Part shown: positions 1-9,390 of the stretch, in pieces
Position numbering within the stretch: the first letter of the stretch is position 1
Layout: every line of letters begins with the position of its first letter
From: an uncultured Mesoterricola sp.
Lineage (GTDB): Bacteria > Acidobacteriota > Holophagae > Holophagales > Holophagaceae
DNA: 64,000 nt
Direction: 5' to 3'
Assembly: GCA_964627225.1 (NCBI GenBank)
Contig: CAZVHQ010000007.1
Coordinates: forward strand, 47,165-111,164
Made by a program: the position numbers and the translations under genes
Notes under the pieces: model-generated
The model's input: the letters and a program-made list of their open reading frames with translations, nothing else
What the model was told of the DNA's origin: nothing
The model's database searches: none

Positions 1-837
1 GGCGTGGTGAATCCGACCGGCACCCCCACCAAGATCTTCCTGAACCCGGGGGCCGTCAGCCCACCCGCCGCGACCACCACGATCTCCAACACCACCAACC
101 TGAACTCCGCCTCCGCCACCGGCACGACCTTCACCGCGCCCATCGCCGTCTACGACAGCCAGGGGGCCTCGCACAACATCGAGATCACCTACACCAAGAC
201 CGCCGTTGCCGGCCAATGGTCCACCGCGGTCTCCACCGATGACAGTGGGGTCACGGTCACCGGCTATCCGGCCGACATCCAGTTCGACAGCAACGGCAAC
301 CTCACCACCCCGGCCTCCGGCGTCAACCCCACCCTGACCATCTCCAACTGGTCCAACGGCGCCACCAGCCCTGCCATGACCGTGGATATCTGGAGCGGCA
401 CCCCCGCGACCTCCAGCCTGACCTCCTACGCCCAGACCTCCGGCACCGCCAGCACCACCCAGAACGGCTACGCGGCCGGTTCGGTCAGCGGCATGTCGGT
501 CGATACCAACGGCAATATCATCGGCACGTTCACCAACGGTCAGACCGAGCCGCTGGCCCAGGTGGCCGTCAGCACGTTCAGCAACGACAATGGACTGGTG
601 ATGGCCGGGAACAACATCTGGAACACCACCCTGTCCAGTGGTTCCGCCAACGTGGGCGCGGCCAACACCGGCGGCCGGGCCTCGGTGCTGGGCTCCAACC
701 TGGAGACGTCCAACGTGGACGTCGCCACCGAATTCACCAAACTGATCATCAACCAGAACGGCTACCAGGCCAACAGCAGGGTCATCACCACCGCCAACAC
801 CCTGCTCCAGACCGTCATCAGCCTCATCCAGACCTAG
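1..837 (+). CDS. flgE: flagellar hook protein FlgE (5'-truncated by window edge)
   Basis: VYDSQG..H motif, NGYAAG, and C-terminal LETSNVDVATEFTKLIINQNGYQANSRVITT flagellar hook/rod motif. Confidence 0.93.
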   Translation, partial: GVVNPTGTPTKIFLNPGAVSPPAATTTISNTTNLNSASATGTTFTAPIAVYDSQGASHNIEITYTKTAVAGQWSTAVSTDDSGVTVTGYPADIQFDSNGNLTTPASGVNPTLTISNWSNGATSPAMTVDIWSGTPATSSLTSYAQTSGTASTTQNGYAAGSVSGMSVDTNGNIIGTFTNGQTEPLAQVAVSTFSNDNGLVMAGNNIWNTTLSSGSANVGAANTGGRASVLGSNLETSNVDVATEFTKLIINQNGYQANSRVITTANTLLQTVISLIQT

Positions 838-870
838 TCCAACCGGAGTATCCTGGAATCCAGGAGACCC

Positions 871-1605
871 ATGGCCGACGAGTACGTACCTACCCCAGCG
901 GACCCAGGCCGGATGCTCATCGTGGACGACCTGGGGAGCAACCTCAAGGTGATCGAGCGCGAACTCCAGCACGCCCCCTTCCGGCTCTGGTTCGCCCAGA
1001 CCGCGGAGGGGGCGCTGGAGCTCTGCCGGGAGACCGCCTTCGAGGGCATCCTCATGGACGTGAGCCTGCCCGGCATGGATGGCATCGATGCCTGCCGGCT
1101 GATCCGCGAGTCGAAGCTTTACGCCCGGAACGCCGACACGCCGCTGATCTTCATCACCGCCGTGCGCATCGGCCAGGATTGGCTCACCCAGGGCATCGAG
1201 GCGGGCGGCATCGACTACCTGATCAAGCCCTACGCCTTTTCGGAGCTGCTGGCCAAGCTGCGGATGATGGTCCGGCTGAGCCGCCAGAGGCAGGCCGCCC
1301 TGGCCGGCGAGCGGAACCGGGCACTGATGGAGATCGCCGGCGGCATGGCCCACGAACTGGCCCAGCCCCTGGCCACCGCCCAGGTGCTCCTGGACAAGCT
1401 GATCAAGAACCCCGCCGCCCCGACCGCCGCGCAACTGGCGGACCTGCGCACCTGCCTGGCCAACACCAACAGCGTGCTGCGCCAGATCCAGAACCTGCAC
1501 AGCTACATCACCAAGCCGTACGCCTCCGGGCGGATCCTGGACCTGGACCAGAGCAGCCGGAGCCTGTTCCCGAACCCGGCGGCCGACCCGGAAACTTCGG
1601 GATAG
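871..1605 (+). CDS. response regulator receiver domain followed by HisKA-like helix, no ATPase domain
   Basis: LIVDD, ILMDVSLPGMDG, DYLIKP receiver motifs; C-terminal EIAGGMAHELAQPL H-box. Confidence 0.85.
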   Translation: MADEYVPTPADPGRMLIVDDLGSNLKVIERELQHAPFRLWFAQTAEGALELCRETAFEGILMDVSLPGMDGIDACRLIRESKLYARNADTPLIFITAVRIGQDWLTQGIEAGGIDYLIKPYAFSELLAKLRMMVRLSRQRQAALAGERNRALMEIAGGMAHELAQPLATAQVLLDKLIKNPAAPTAAQLADLRTCLANTNSVLRQIQNLHSYITKPYASGRILDLDQSSRSLFPNPAADPETSG

Positions 1606-1620
1606 ACTGAGGGTGCTGGA

Positions 1621-1959
1621 GTGGCGATGGCTCAAGGGGCCGGCACGACAAGGGGGCGCGGGGTGGTGGACTGGATGCTGGCCAATCCGTTCAGGAGCCT
1701 GGCGCTCCTGCTCCTGCTGGAGGCGCTGCTCCCGGTCCGGGCCCAGCCATCGGCCTGGCTGCTCCGGGGCGCCATCCGCGCCTACCAGGCCACCCTCAGC
1801 CCCTACCTGCCCACCCAGTGCAAATTCACCCCCACCTGCAGTCAATATGGCCTGCTGTGCGTGCGGAAGTATGGCACTCTGCGGGGAGGTCTCCTCATCA
1901 CCTGGCGCCTGATCCGATGCAGCCCTCTCACCCATGGCGGCTACGACCCGGTGCCATGA
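1621..1959 (+). CDS. yidD: membrane protein insertion efficiency factor YidD
   Basis: IRAYQ..LSP..CKFTPTCSQYG..RLIRCSPLTHGGYDPVP signature. Confidence 0.92.
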   Translation: MAMAQGAGTTRGRGVVDWMLANPFRSLALLLLLEALLPVRAQPSAWLLRGAIRAYQATLSPYLPTQCKFTPTCSQYGLLCVRKYGTLRGGLLITWRLIRCSPLTHGGYDPVP

Positions 1960-2035
1960 GCAACCTTGTGACGCCCCTCACAGCGCCGGCCTACCGGACC
2001 CCGCATCCTGGGAACAGGGTTCATCCCCAAGGACA

Positions 2036-2743
2036 ATGGATATGCAGATCGACCCCCTCATCGCCATCGAAAACCTCACCGCCGAACACCCCCAGACGCG
2101 CAGGCTGCTCTGCCGGCTGGGCGTGGATGTGCTGGCCGAGGGCAATCTCACCCTGCGCGAAGCGGCCCTGCGCCACGGTCTCCAGGTCCAGGAAGTGATC
2201 CAGGGCCTGGAGCGCCTGCTCCAGGACAAGGGGCCGGTCACCCAGGACTGGCTGAGCGCCACCAAGGCCGAGGTGGTCGCGCACATCGTCAGCCACCACC
2301 ACGTCTTCACCCGGGAGGAGCTGGCCCGGCTGGGGCCCCTGCTCGACACGGCCCTGGCGGAGGACCTGGCCGCCCACCCCGAGCTCACCCAGGTGAACAG
2401 CCATTTCCGCAACCTGGAAAAGGATCTGCTGGGCCACTTCCAGATGGAAGAGAAGAACCTGTTCCCGGCCCTGTGCGCCATCGACAAGGGCGGCCCAACC
2501 CCCATTTCCCTGAGCACCCCCAAGGAGCAGTTGCGCACCATCAACGCCGAGCACCAGGCGGTGGAGGAGCTGTTCCTGAACATCCGCATGCTCACCGAGG
2601 ACTACACCGTGCCCAGGGACGCCAGCCCCAGCCTGAGGGCACTGTACCTGGGCCTGCGCGAGCTGGAGGACGACCTCCACGTCCACCTCTACCTGGAGAA
2701 CCACCTGCTCTACCCGCGCGCCCTGCCCGGTGAATCCTGGTGA
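2036..2743 (+). CDS. ric: iron-sulfur cluster repair di-iron protein (ScdA/YtfE, hemerythrin-like)
   Basis: HIVSHHHVF, HFQMEEKNLFP, EH and HLYLENHLLYPR motifs; N-terminal ScdA_N-like domain; start chosen at ATG 2036. Confidence 0.85.
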   Translation: MDMQIDPLIAIENLTAEHPQTRRLLCRLGVDVLAEGNLTLREAALRHGLQVQEVIQGLERLLQDKGPVTQDWLSATKAEVVAHIVSHHHVFTREELARLGPLLDTALAEDLAAHPELTQVNSHFRNLEKDLLGHFQMEEKNLFPALCAIDKGGPTPISLSTPKEQLRTINAEHQAVEELFLNIRMLTEDYTVPRDASPSLRALYLGLRELEDDLHVHLYLENHLLYPRALPGESW

Positions 2744-3489
2744 TGGGCTGGAGGAGCCGCTGGTTCTGGACCCTTCCTGTCACCGCCTGGGGCCTGGTGT
2801 CCCTGCCGCTCACCGCAGTGGCCATCCTGCTGGGGGCCCCGTTCATGGGCGGCCGGCGCTCGTTCTGGACCATCGCCCCGCTCTGGGCCCGGGTGATCTT
2901 CCGGCTGTGCGCCGCGGCCCCCACCATCATCGGCTGGGACGAGCTGCCCGAGGCGATCCGCAGCGAGCGCGAGCCGGTGATCTTCATGTCCAACCACGAA
3001 AGCAACCTTGATCCCCCGGTGCTGATCAGCGCCATTCCCATCCCCGCCGTGTACCTGGCCAAGAAGGAGATCAAGTGGATGTTCCCGGTGGGCTGGGCCG
3101 CCGCCATGGCCGGCACCATCTTCATCGACCGCAGCAACCGGGAGCGGGCCATCAACAGCCTGCACACGGCCGCCAGGGAGATCCGCGGCGGCAAGAGCGT
3201 GGTGATCTTCCCCGAAGGCACCCGCACCCGCACCGGCGACCTGCTGCCGTTCAAGAAGGGCGGCTTCGTCATGGCCGAGGAGGCCGGCGTGCCCATCGTG
3301 CCCCTGGCCACCGTGGGCGGCCATTTCATGCTGCCGCCCGGCGCGGTGCACATCCGGCCCGGGCGCTACGTGGTGGCCTTCGGCGCGCCGGTGGACCCCA
3401 AGGCCTTCCCGACCCGGGAGGCCCTGATGACGGAAGTGCGCAAGCGCATCACCGAGCTGCGGGAACTGGCGCTGCTGCCGGGAGCCTGA
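2740..3489 (+). CDS. plsC: 1-acyl-sn-glycerol-3-phosphate acyltransferase
   Basis: NHESNLD, FIDR and FPEGTRT acyltransferase motifs. Confidence 0.9.
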   Translation: MMGWRSRWFWTLPVTAWGLVSLPLTAVAILLGAPFMGGRRSFWTIAPLWARVIFRLCAAAPTIIGWDELPEAIRSEREPVIFMSNHESNLDPPVLISAIPIPAVYLAKKEIKWMFPVGWAAAMAGTIFIDRSNRERAINSLHTAAREIRGGKSVVIFPEGTRTRTGDLLPFKKGGFVMAEEAGVPIVPLATVGGHFMLPPGAVHIRPGRYVVAFGAPVDPKAFPTREALMTEVRKRITELRELALLPGA

Positions 3490-3616
3490 GCCCCGAACAA
3501 GGAGCAGATCGGCAGCTACGCCTTCCAGTCCACCGGACCGAAATCGGCGAAGCTGGTCGGTTCCAATCCGTGTCCCAGGCATTGGCGGACATCCCCGGTC
3601 ATTGCCGCCGACCCAC

Positions 3617-4152
3617 ACCGGGTCCCCCGGAGCGGAGCCGACCCACTCGTACGATTCGGACTTTCCGTCCTCGCAAGCTGCGGGCGGACAAGTCCGAATC
3701 GTTTGCCGTCCTCCAAACAGCTGAACCTTTGGCTGTGGGATCCACTCTGCCCCCGGTTTCAGACCAACCTCGTCTGGGGCCTGCGATGCCTGCATGCCAT
3801 CGTCCATCTGCCGTCTCAGCTGGAGGGGCTCGGGGCGACGGGCATTTCAGTGGGCTTCGAACTGGCCCCACCGGCCAAGATCATCCACAGCCTCCCCGCC
3901 CGCGGGGTGAAGATGCTCAAGACGCCCAGGCAAGCATGCGGTGCAGAGGGCCTCAAGCAGGACATCCCGGCCGTGGGGATGGCGCCTACACCAACAAGAC
4001 CCTGCTAAAGAGGCAACATCGCCGTCATGACGCAGCCAAGGGTTCCGCCGTTTTGGAGGGCGGCAAACGATTCGGACTTGTCCGCCCGCAGCTTGCGAGG
4101 ACGGAAAGTCCGAATCGTAAGAGTGGGTCGGCGCCGCTCCGGGGGGCCCGGT
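3617..4152. repeat. non-coding element bounded by ~120-bp inverted repeats (3617-3735 / 4033-4152), each with an internal hairpin; MITE/REPIN-like
   Basis: 4033-4152 is the near-identical reverse complement of 3617-3735; each arm contains the 13-bp perfect stem ACGATTCGGACTT...AAGTCCGAATCGT. Confidence 0.9.
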
Positions 4153-4159
4153 CAGGATC

Positions 4160-5155
4160 TCAAGGCGCCTTGGGGGCCGCCTGGGGCGCCGCTGCCGGCG
4201 CGGCCTGGGCCACTTCCCGGAAGCCCACGTCCTGCTTGGCCTGTTCCATGAACTCCCTGGTCAGCTTCTCCCGGCGCTCGGGGGCCATCTGCTTGCGGAT
4301 GGTGTCCTTGACCTTGTCGAAATCACCGGCCTGCTTGGGGCTGCGCGATTCCACCTCGATCAGGTGATAGCCGAAGCTGGTCTTGACCGGGTCGCCCACC
4401 TTGCCGATTTCCTGGGTCCGCACGGCCTCTTCGAATTCCTTGGCGAAACGCCCGAACGGGATGTCCTTGTACAGACCGCCGTTGGCCTTGCTGCCGGGGT
4501 CGTCGGAAAACTCCTTGGCCAGGGCCTCCAGCTTCTTGCCGGCCTTCAGCTCCGCCTGGATCTTGGCCACCCGGGCCTTGGCCTCCTCGTCGGTGTAGCC
4601 CTTGTCGCCGGCGCCGGGCGCGCCCTTGAGGCTCACCAGGATGTGCCGGGCGGTGAACCGCTCGGGGGTGGCGAAGCGCTCGGCGTTGGCCTGGAAGTAG
4701 GCCCTGACCTCGGCCTCGGTGGGGTTCTCCGCCTTCGCCTTGAGCTTCTGGCCGTCGCTGCCGGGCCGGTCCTCGTCCAGCAGGACCCGGGCGTAGCACT
4801 GTTCCTTGAGGGCGGCGAGGGTGGCCTGGAATTCCCTGGTCTTCTGCAGGTTCTCCTTCTGGCCCTTGGCCGCGAGCACCTGGATCTCCAGGAACTGCTT
4901 CAGCGCCTGGGCGCGGCTGGCGGGGGTCTTGCGGATCATCTCGGCCCGGGGGCCGACCATCACCTTGAGCCAGCTGGTGAAGTCACCATAGGTGAGCTTG
5001 CGCGCCCCCAGGTAGGCGATCGGGTCGGTGCCCTGGGGCTCCGGGGTATCGGCCGGTTTCGGGGGCGTGGCGCGGGCCGGGGGAGCCTTGGGCGCCGGAG
5101 CCGGACTCTGGGCGAGCAGGGTCATGGAAAAAAACGGAACAAAGATTTTATGCAT
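4160..5155 (-). CDS. PpiC/parvulin-type peptidyl-prolyl isomerase (PrsA/SurA-like), secreted
   Basis: ARHILV, LAKEFSDDPGSKANGGL and PVKTSFGYHLI rotamase motifs; N-terminal signal-like segment. Confidence 0.9.
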   Translation of the reverse strand: MHKIFVPFFSMTLLAQSPAPAPKAPPARATPPKPADTPEPQGTDPIAYLGARKLTYGDFTSWLKVMVGPRAEMIRKTPASRAQALKQFLEIQVLAAKGQKENLQKTREFQATLAALKEQCYARVLLDEDRPGSDGQKLKAKAENPTEAEVRAYFQANAERFATPERFTARHILVSLKGAPGAGDKGYTDEEAKARVAKIQAELKAGKKLEALAKEFSDDPGSKANGGLYKDIPFGRFAKEFEEAVRTQEIGKVGDPVKTSFGYHLIEVESRSPKQAGDFDKVKDTIRKQMAPERREKLTREFMEQAKQDVGFREVAQAAPAAAPQAAPKAP

Positions 5156-5230
5156 AGCCATCCTATTGATCATGCGCACCATTCCACCAAGGAGGTTGCG
5201 TCGTACCCTACCTACTTTAGAGCGTTTTTT

Positions 5231-6118
5231 TCAGTTGTCACCTAGACCGAGACGATCGAACGCCGTCTGCATCGGTTCGGCGTCGGGATCCCAGGTGGCG
5301 ATGCCGGGCCATTGGTTGCGGAAGAAGGTGGATTGGCGCTTGGCGTAGGCCTGGGTCTCCTGGATGATCCGGGCCGCGGCGCCGCCGCGGGAGTCGAGCA
5401 GGATCTCGTAGCCCAGCGGGCGCAGCCGGCGCAGCTCGTCTTCAAGCCCGGCCGCGCGCAGCCGGTCCACTTCCTCGGGCCAGCCCTGGGCCAGCATCTC
5501 CCGGACCCGCGCGGCCACCCGCATCCGCTGCCGCTCCCGGGCCGGCAGCACCAGCAGCGCGCGCCAGCCCCCGGGCACGCCCTGCCGGGTGCCGTCCAGC
5601 AGCTGGGACGCCCTGCGGCCGGTGGCCAGGTGCAGGGCCAGGGCGCGCTGCACCCGGGCCCGGTCGTTGGGGTGCAGGGCGGCGGCCCGGTGCGGATCCA
5701 CGGCGGCCAGGTAGCGGTGCAGGGCTGGCGCCCCCAGCAGGTCGGACCAGCGGCGCACCCTGGCCGACAGGGCTTCGGGAACCTCCGGCAGCTCGCTGAG
5801 CTGGTCCCAGATGCCGCGCAGGTAGAGCCCGGAGCCGGTCACCAGCACCGGGCGCGGGGCGGCGAGCCAGGTCCGCGCCAGCTCGCCGAACCCGGCGGGG
5901 TTCAGCCTGGCCGTCAGGGGCAGCAGCCCGTAGCCCAGATGCGGCACCGGGGTCTCTTCGGGCCGGGGCTGGCCGGTGCCCACCGGCAGGTCCCGGTAGG
6001 CCTGGAAGGGGTCGCCGTTGACCACGGTGCCGCCGATCCGCAGCGCCACCGCCACGGCCAGGGCCGATTTGCCGGACGCGGTCGGGCCGAGGATGGCCAG
6101 CTTTTCCGGTTCAGGCAT
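5231..6118 (-). CDS. miaA: tRNA dimethylallyltransferase
   Basis: GPTASGKS P-loop, GSGLYLR, HPNDRARVQRAL, TQAYAKRQSTFFR. Confidence 0.92.
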   Translation of the reverse strand: MPEPEKLAILGPTASGKSALAVAVALRIGGTVVNGDPFQAYRDLPVGTGQPRPEETPVPHLGYGLLPLTARLNPAGFGELARTWLAAPRPVLVTGSGLYLRGIWDQLSELPEVPEALSARVRRWSDLLGAPALHRYLAAVDPHRAAALHPNDRARVQRALALHLATGRRASQLLDGTRQGVPGGWRALLVLPARERQRMRVAARVREMLAQGWPEEVDRLRAAGLEDELRRLRPLGYEILLDSRGGAAARIIQETQAYAKRQSTFFRNQWPGIATWDPDAEPMQTAFDRLGLGDN

Positions 6119-6467
6119 CCGCCGCTCCGCCCTGGGACAGGAGCACCAGCGCCCGGGCCGCGGCGTCCCGGGCCAGCCTGGCGGCCTCCAGCACGTGCGC
6201 CAGGGCGTCGCTGGGGTCCTGGCCAAGGGTGAGCAGGGCTTCGCACTGGGCCTTGAGCCGGGCCAGGTCGCCGCCGGGGTCGGGCAGGTGCCGGCCCCCC
6301 GCGGTTTCGAGGATCTTCAGGAAGCAGCGGATCGCCGAGCAGGCCGTGGTGACGGCCGCGGGCGAGCGCTGCCGGCTGGCCCGCATGGCCAGGGCCGCGG
6401 CCAGCAGCCGGAGCCCGTCCTCGAACACCGACTGGAGCGGGCCCTGGGGTCCAGCCTGCTCGTTCAT
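6111..6467 (-). CDS. hypothetical helical protein between purF and miaA
   Basis: 118-aa ORF (MNEQAGPQ...) whose start overlaps the purF stop and whose stop overlaps the miaA start. Confidence 0.65.
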   Translation of the reverse strand: MNEQAGPQGPLQSVFEDGLRLLAAALAMRASRQRSPAAVTTACSAIRCFLKILETAGGRHLPDPGGDLARLKAQCEALLTLGQDPSDALAHVLEAARLARDAAARALVLLSQGGAADA

Positions 6468-7834
6468 AGGCGGCCGGCCGGAGGCGGCACCGGGTACTCG
6501 CCGCTGAAGCAGGCGTAGCAGAAGCTCTGGCCGTCCGGGTCGTGCATGGAGGCCTGCAGGTCCTCCAGGGTGAGGTAGCCGATGCTGTCGGCGCCGATGA
6601 AGGCGCGGATCTGCTCCGCGTCCCGGCTGGCGGCCAGCAGATGGTCCCGGCTGGGGGTGTCGATGCCGTAGAAGCAGGAATGGGTGGTGGGCGGGCTGCT
6701 GATGCGCACATGCACTTCGGCGGCGCCGGCGGCGCGCACCATCTGGACGATCTTCCGGCTGGTGGTGCCGCGCACCAGGCTGTCGTCCACCAGCACCACC
6801 CGCTTGCCCTTCAGCAGTTCGCGCACCGGGTTGAGCTTCACCTTCACGCCGAAGGAGCGGATGGTCTGCCGGGGTTCGATGAACGTGCGGCCCACGTAGT
6901 GGTTGCGGATCAGGCCGAACTCGAACGGGATGCCCGACTGCTCGGCGTAGCCCAGGGCCGACGACACGCCCGAGTCCGGCACCGGCACCACCAGGTCCGC
7001 CGCCACTCCATGGCGCCTCGCCAGGAGCCGGCCCATCTCGCGCCGGGTGGCCATGACGCTCTGGCCGTAGACCAGGGAATCGGGCCGGGAGAAGTAGACA
7101 TGCTCGAACACGCACGGCCTGGGCCGGACCTGGGGATGGGGGAAATGCGAATGCATGCCGTCCCGGTCCAGGACCAGCACCTCGCCGGGCGCCACCTCGC
7201 GCACGTACTCGGCGCCCAGCAGATCGAAGGCGCAGGTCTCGCTGGAGAACACCGTGGCCTCGCCCAGCCGGCCCATGGCCAGCGGGCGGAAGCCGTGCGG
7301 GTCGCGCACCGCCAGGAACTGGGTCTCGGTCAGGAGCAGGATGGAATAGGCCCCCTGCACCTGCTCCAGGGCCTCCAGCAGCGCGTCTTCCAGGTTGCTG
7401 GCCGAGGCGCGGTTGATCAGCGCGAGGATCACCTCGGAGTCCGAAGGGCTGCTGAACACCTGGCCGCTCCGGATCAGCCGGGCACGCAGCTCCTCGGTGT
7501 TGGTGAGATTGCCGTTGTGGCACAGGGACAGCTGGCCGAAGCGCCCCTCCACCAGGAACGGATGGGCCGCGGACGCCACGTTGCCGCCGGTGGTGGAGTA
7601 GCGGGTATGGCCGATGGCCCCGTCCCCGGGCAGCTGGTCGAGGATGGCCTCGGTGAAGATGTCCGCCACGTGGCCCAGGCCCTTGTGCAGGTACAGCCTG
7701 CCCTTGGAGCGTGAGCAGATCCCGGCGGCCTCCTGGCCCCGGTGCTGCAGGGCGTACAGCCCCAGGTAGGTCTGCCTGGAGGCCTCCAGCTCGGGCCAGA
7801 CGCCGAACACCCCGCATTCATCCTTGAAAGCCAT
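6464..7834 (-). CDS. purF: amidophosphoribosyltransferase
   Basis: ECGVFG, LQHRGQE, GHTRYST, VLVDDSLVRGTT, Fe-S cysteines (CFYGID, CYAC). Confidence 0.97.
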   Translation of the reverse strand: MAFKDECGVFGVWPELEASRQTYLGLYALQHRGQEAAGICSRSKGRLYLHKGLGHVADIFTEAILDQLPGDGAIGHTRYSTTGGNVASAAHPFLVEGRFGQLSLCHNGNLTNTEELRARLIRSGQVFSSPSDSEVILALINRASASNLEDALLEALEQVQGAYSILLLTETQFLAVRDPHGFRPLAMGRLGEATVFSSETCAFDLLGAEYVREVAPGEVLVLDRDGMHSHFPHPQVRPRPCVFEHVYFSRPDSLVYGQSVMATRREMGRLLARRHGVAADLVVPVPDSGVSSALGYAEQSGIPFEFGLIRNHYVGRTFIEPRQTIRSFGVKVKLNPVRELLKGKRVVLVDDSLVRGTTSRKIVQMVRAAGAAEVHVRISSPPTTHSCFYGIDTPSRDHLLAASRDAEQIRAFIGADSIGYLTLEDLQASMHDPDGQSFCYACFSGEYPVPPPAGRL

Positions 7835-7876
7835 GCTTCCCCCAAGCACCAAGGATACCTTAAGCCGTTGTCTAGA

Positions 7877-7953
7877 AATAACCTGAACAGATCCTTGCGG
7901 CCCCGGCATAAGGGGCCGTAGTGGAATAACCTGAACTGCACAGGTTATTCCGC
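7877..7953. promoter_or_regulatory. structured purF leader: two hairpins and a duplicated AATAACCTGAAC
   Basis: GGAATAACCTG-N7-CAGGTTATTCC perfect 11-bp stem (7923-7951); GC hairpin ~7897-7919; 12-mer at 7877 and 7925. Confidence 0.45.
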
Positions 7954-7961
7954 AACGCCCC

Positions 7962-8579
7962 CTAAGGAATCTCTTCGGTCTCCAGTTCGCCGGCGGCCGC
8001 GGGGGCCGCAGTCTGCTCCCCCCAGTGCCGCAGCGTCTTCAGCAGCGCGGTGCCTTCCTCGGCCGGGACCGCGTGGCGCCCGAGCGACATCCCGGCCAGG
8101 TGGATCTCCAGGGAGCGGATATCCCCCTCGGGAAGGGTCGCGCTCAGATAGGCCAGGGCCAGCAGGCCGGGGGCCACTTCCACCAGGTAGGCGTACGCGC
8201 CCACCTCGGGCGGGGTCTGCACCTGCCATAGCCGGCACCACCGGCCGGCGAATCTCATGCCGGTTTCCAGGGGCACGGACTGGGCGGTCGGGCCGGAAAA
8301 GTAGCACAGCCCCAGGGCCCGGGCCAGGATGGCCGCGGACGGCGCCGGGCCGCTCCCGGCCAGCGGCTCGATCTGCCATCGGCCCATGCGCAGCCGCTTC
8401 ACCTTGTTCCGGGTGGTCAGGGCCGGCGTCGCCACCATCCGGAAGGCGCTTTCCACCACGGCCGGATCTTCCCGCAGGCGCACCTTGAGCCGGTAGTCCA
8501 GGCGCGCGTCGTCCGCCCCGCCCGCCGCCAGGGGCAGGGCCTGCAGGGCCAGGGTGAAAAGACTTGAAAACAACCGCAT
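7962..8579 (-). CDS. hypothetical exported protein
   Basis: ORF with signal-peptide-like N-terminus MRLFSSLFTLALQALPLAAG; GC-rich codon usage. Confidence 0.65.
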   Translation of the reverse strand: MRLFSSLFTLALQALPLAAGGADDARLDYRLKVRLREDPAVVESAFRMVATPALTTRNKVKRLRMGRWQIEPLAGSGPAPSAAILARALGLCYFSGPTAQSVPLETGMRFAGRWCRLWQVQTPPEVGAYAYLVEVAPGLLALAYLSATLPEGDIRSLEIHLAGMSLGRHAVPAEEGTALLKTLRHWGEQTAAPAAAGELETEEIP

Positions 8580-8748
8580 TCGGACACTCCAGAAACCGCA
8601 GACACACCCAGCCCGGCCCATGGACAAGGCCCAAGGCGTCCTCCCGGACTCAGAACCACGTAGCAGGCTCCAACTATAGGTTAGCTTCCGCTTCCCTCTC
8701 CTGCACTTCTTTTTGGCCGGAACCCCTGCCTGGGTCCAGAATGGGGCC

Positions 8749-9390
8749 ATGCCACTCTGCTTCGACCTCGACGGCACCCTGGGCCAATTCGGCGGCGGCT
8801 ACCTGCTGCTGCGGGAGGCGCTGGGCGAATTGTGGGGCGAGCAGCCGACCGCGGCCGACCTCGCCCTCTGCCATGGTTCCACCGACTGGGAATTCGTCGA
8901 CCAGCTGCACGCCCTGCGCTTCGGCCGGGGCATTTCCGAACCGGACTACGCGGCCTACGACCGGGCCTGCCTGGCCCGGTTCTCCGCCACCTTCCACCCC
9001 GACGGGCGCCGGCACACGGCCTTCGCCGGGATCATCACCGGCATGGCCCGGCTGGTCGACGCCGGGCACCGGGTCTGGCTCGTTTCGGGCAACACCCCGT
9101 CCGTACTTGATTTCAAGGCGCGGACGCTGGGCGTGGACGCGCGCATCCCGCGCCTGGGCAGCCTGCCCCACCTGGACCGGACCGGGCTGATCCGCAAGGC
9201 CCTGGAAAGCTGCCCCGGACCTCACCTCTACGTGGGCGACCGGCCCCATGACCGGCTGGCGGCGGAAAGCGCCGGCGTGCCGTTCCTCGGGGTGGGCGGC
9301 CTGGTGCCGGGCGACCACCCCCTGCTGGACACCGGGGCCGAAGCCGAGCACCTGGTGCGCGCGGTGGAGGCGATCCTCCTCAACGCTTAG
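8749..9390 (+). CDS. HAD-superfamily hydrolase (phosphoglycolate phosphatase-like)
   Basis: FDLDGTL motif I, VSGN, YVGDRPHD motif IV. Confidence 0.88.
   Translation: MPLCFDLDGTLGQFGGGYLLLREALGELWGEQPTAADLALCHGSTDWEFVDQLHALRFGRGISEPDYAAYDRACLARFSATFHPDGRRHTAFAGIITGMARLVDAGHRVWLVSGNTPSVLDFKARTLGVDARIPRLGSLPHLDRTGLIRKALESCPGPHLYVGDRPHDRLAAESAGVPFLGVGGLVPGDHPLLDTGAEAEHLVRAVEAILLNA

Noticed and set aside
3703..4008. 101-aa ORF inside the inverted-repeat element
   Set aside because: TTG start inside the repeat arm, no RBS, atypical codon use and no transposase motifs.
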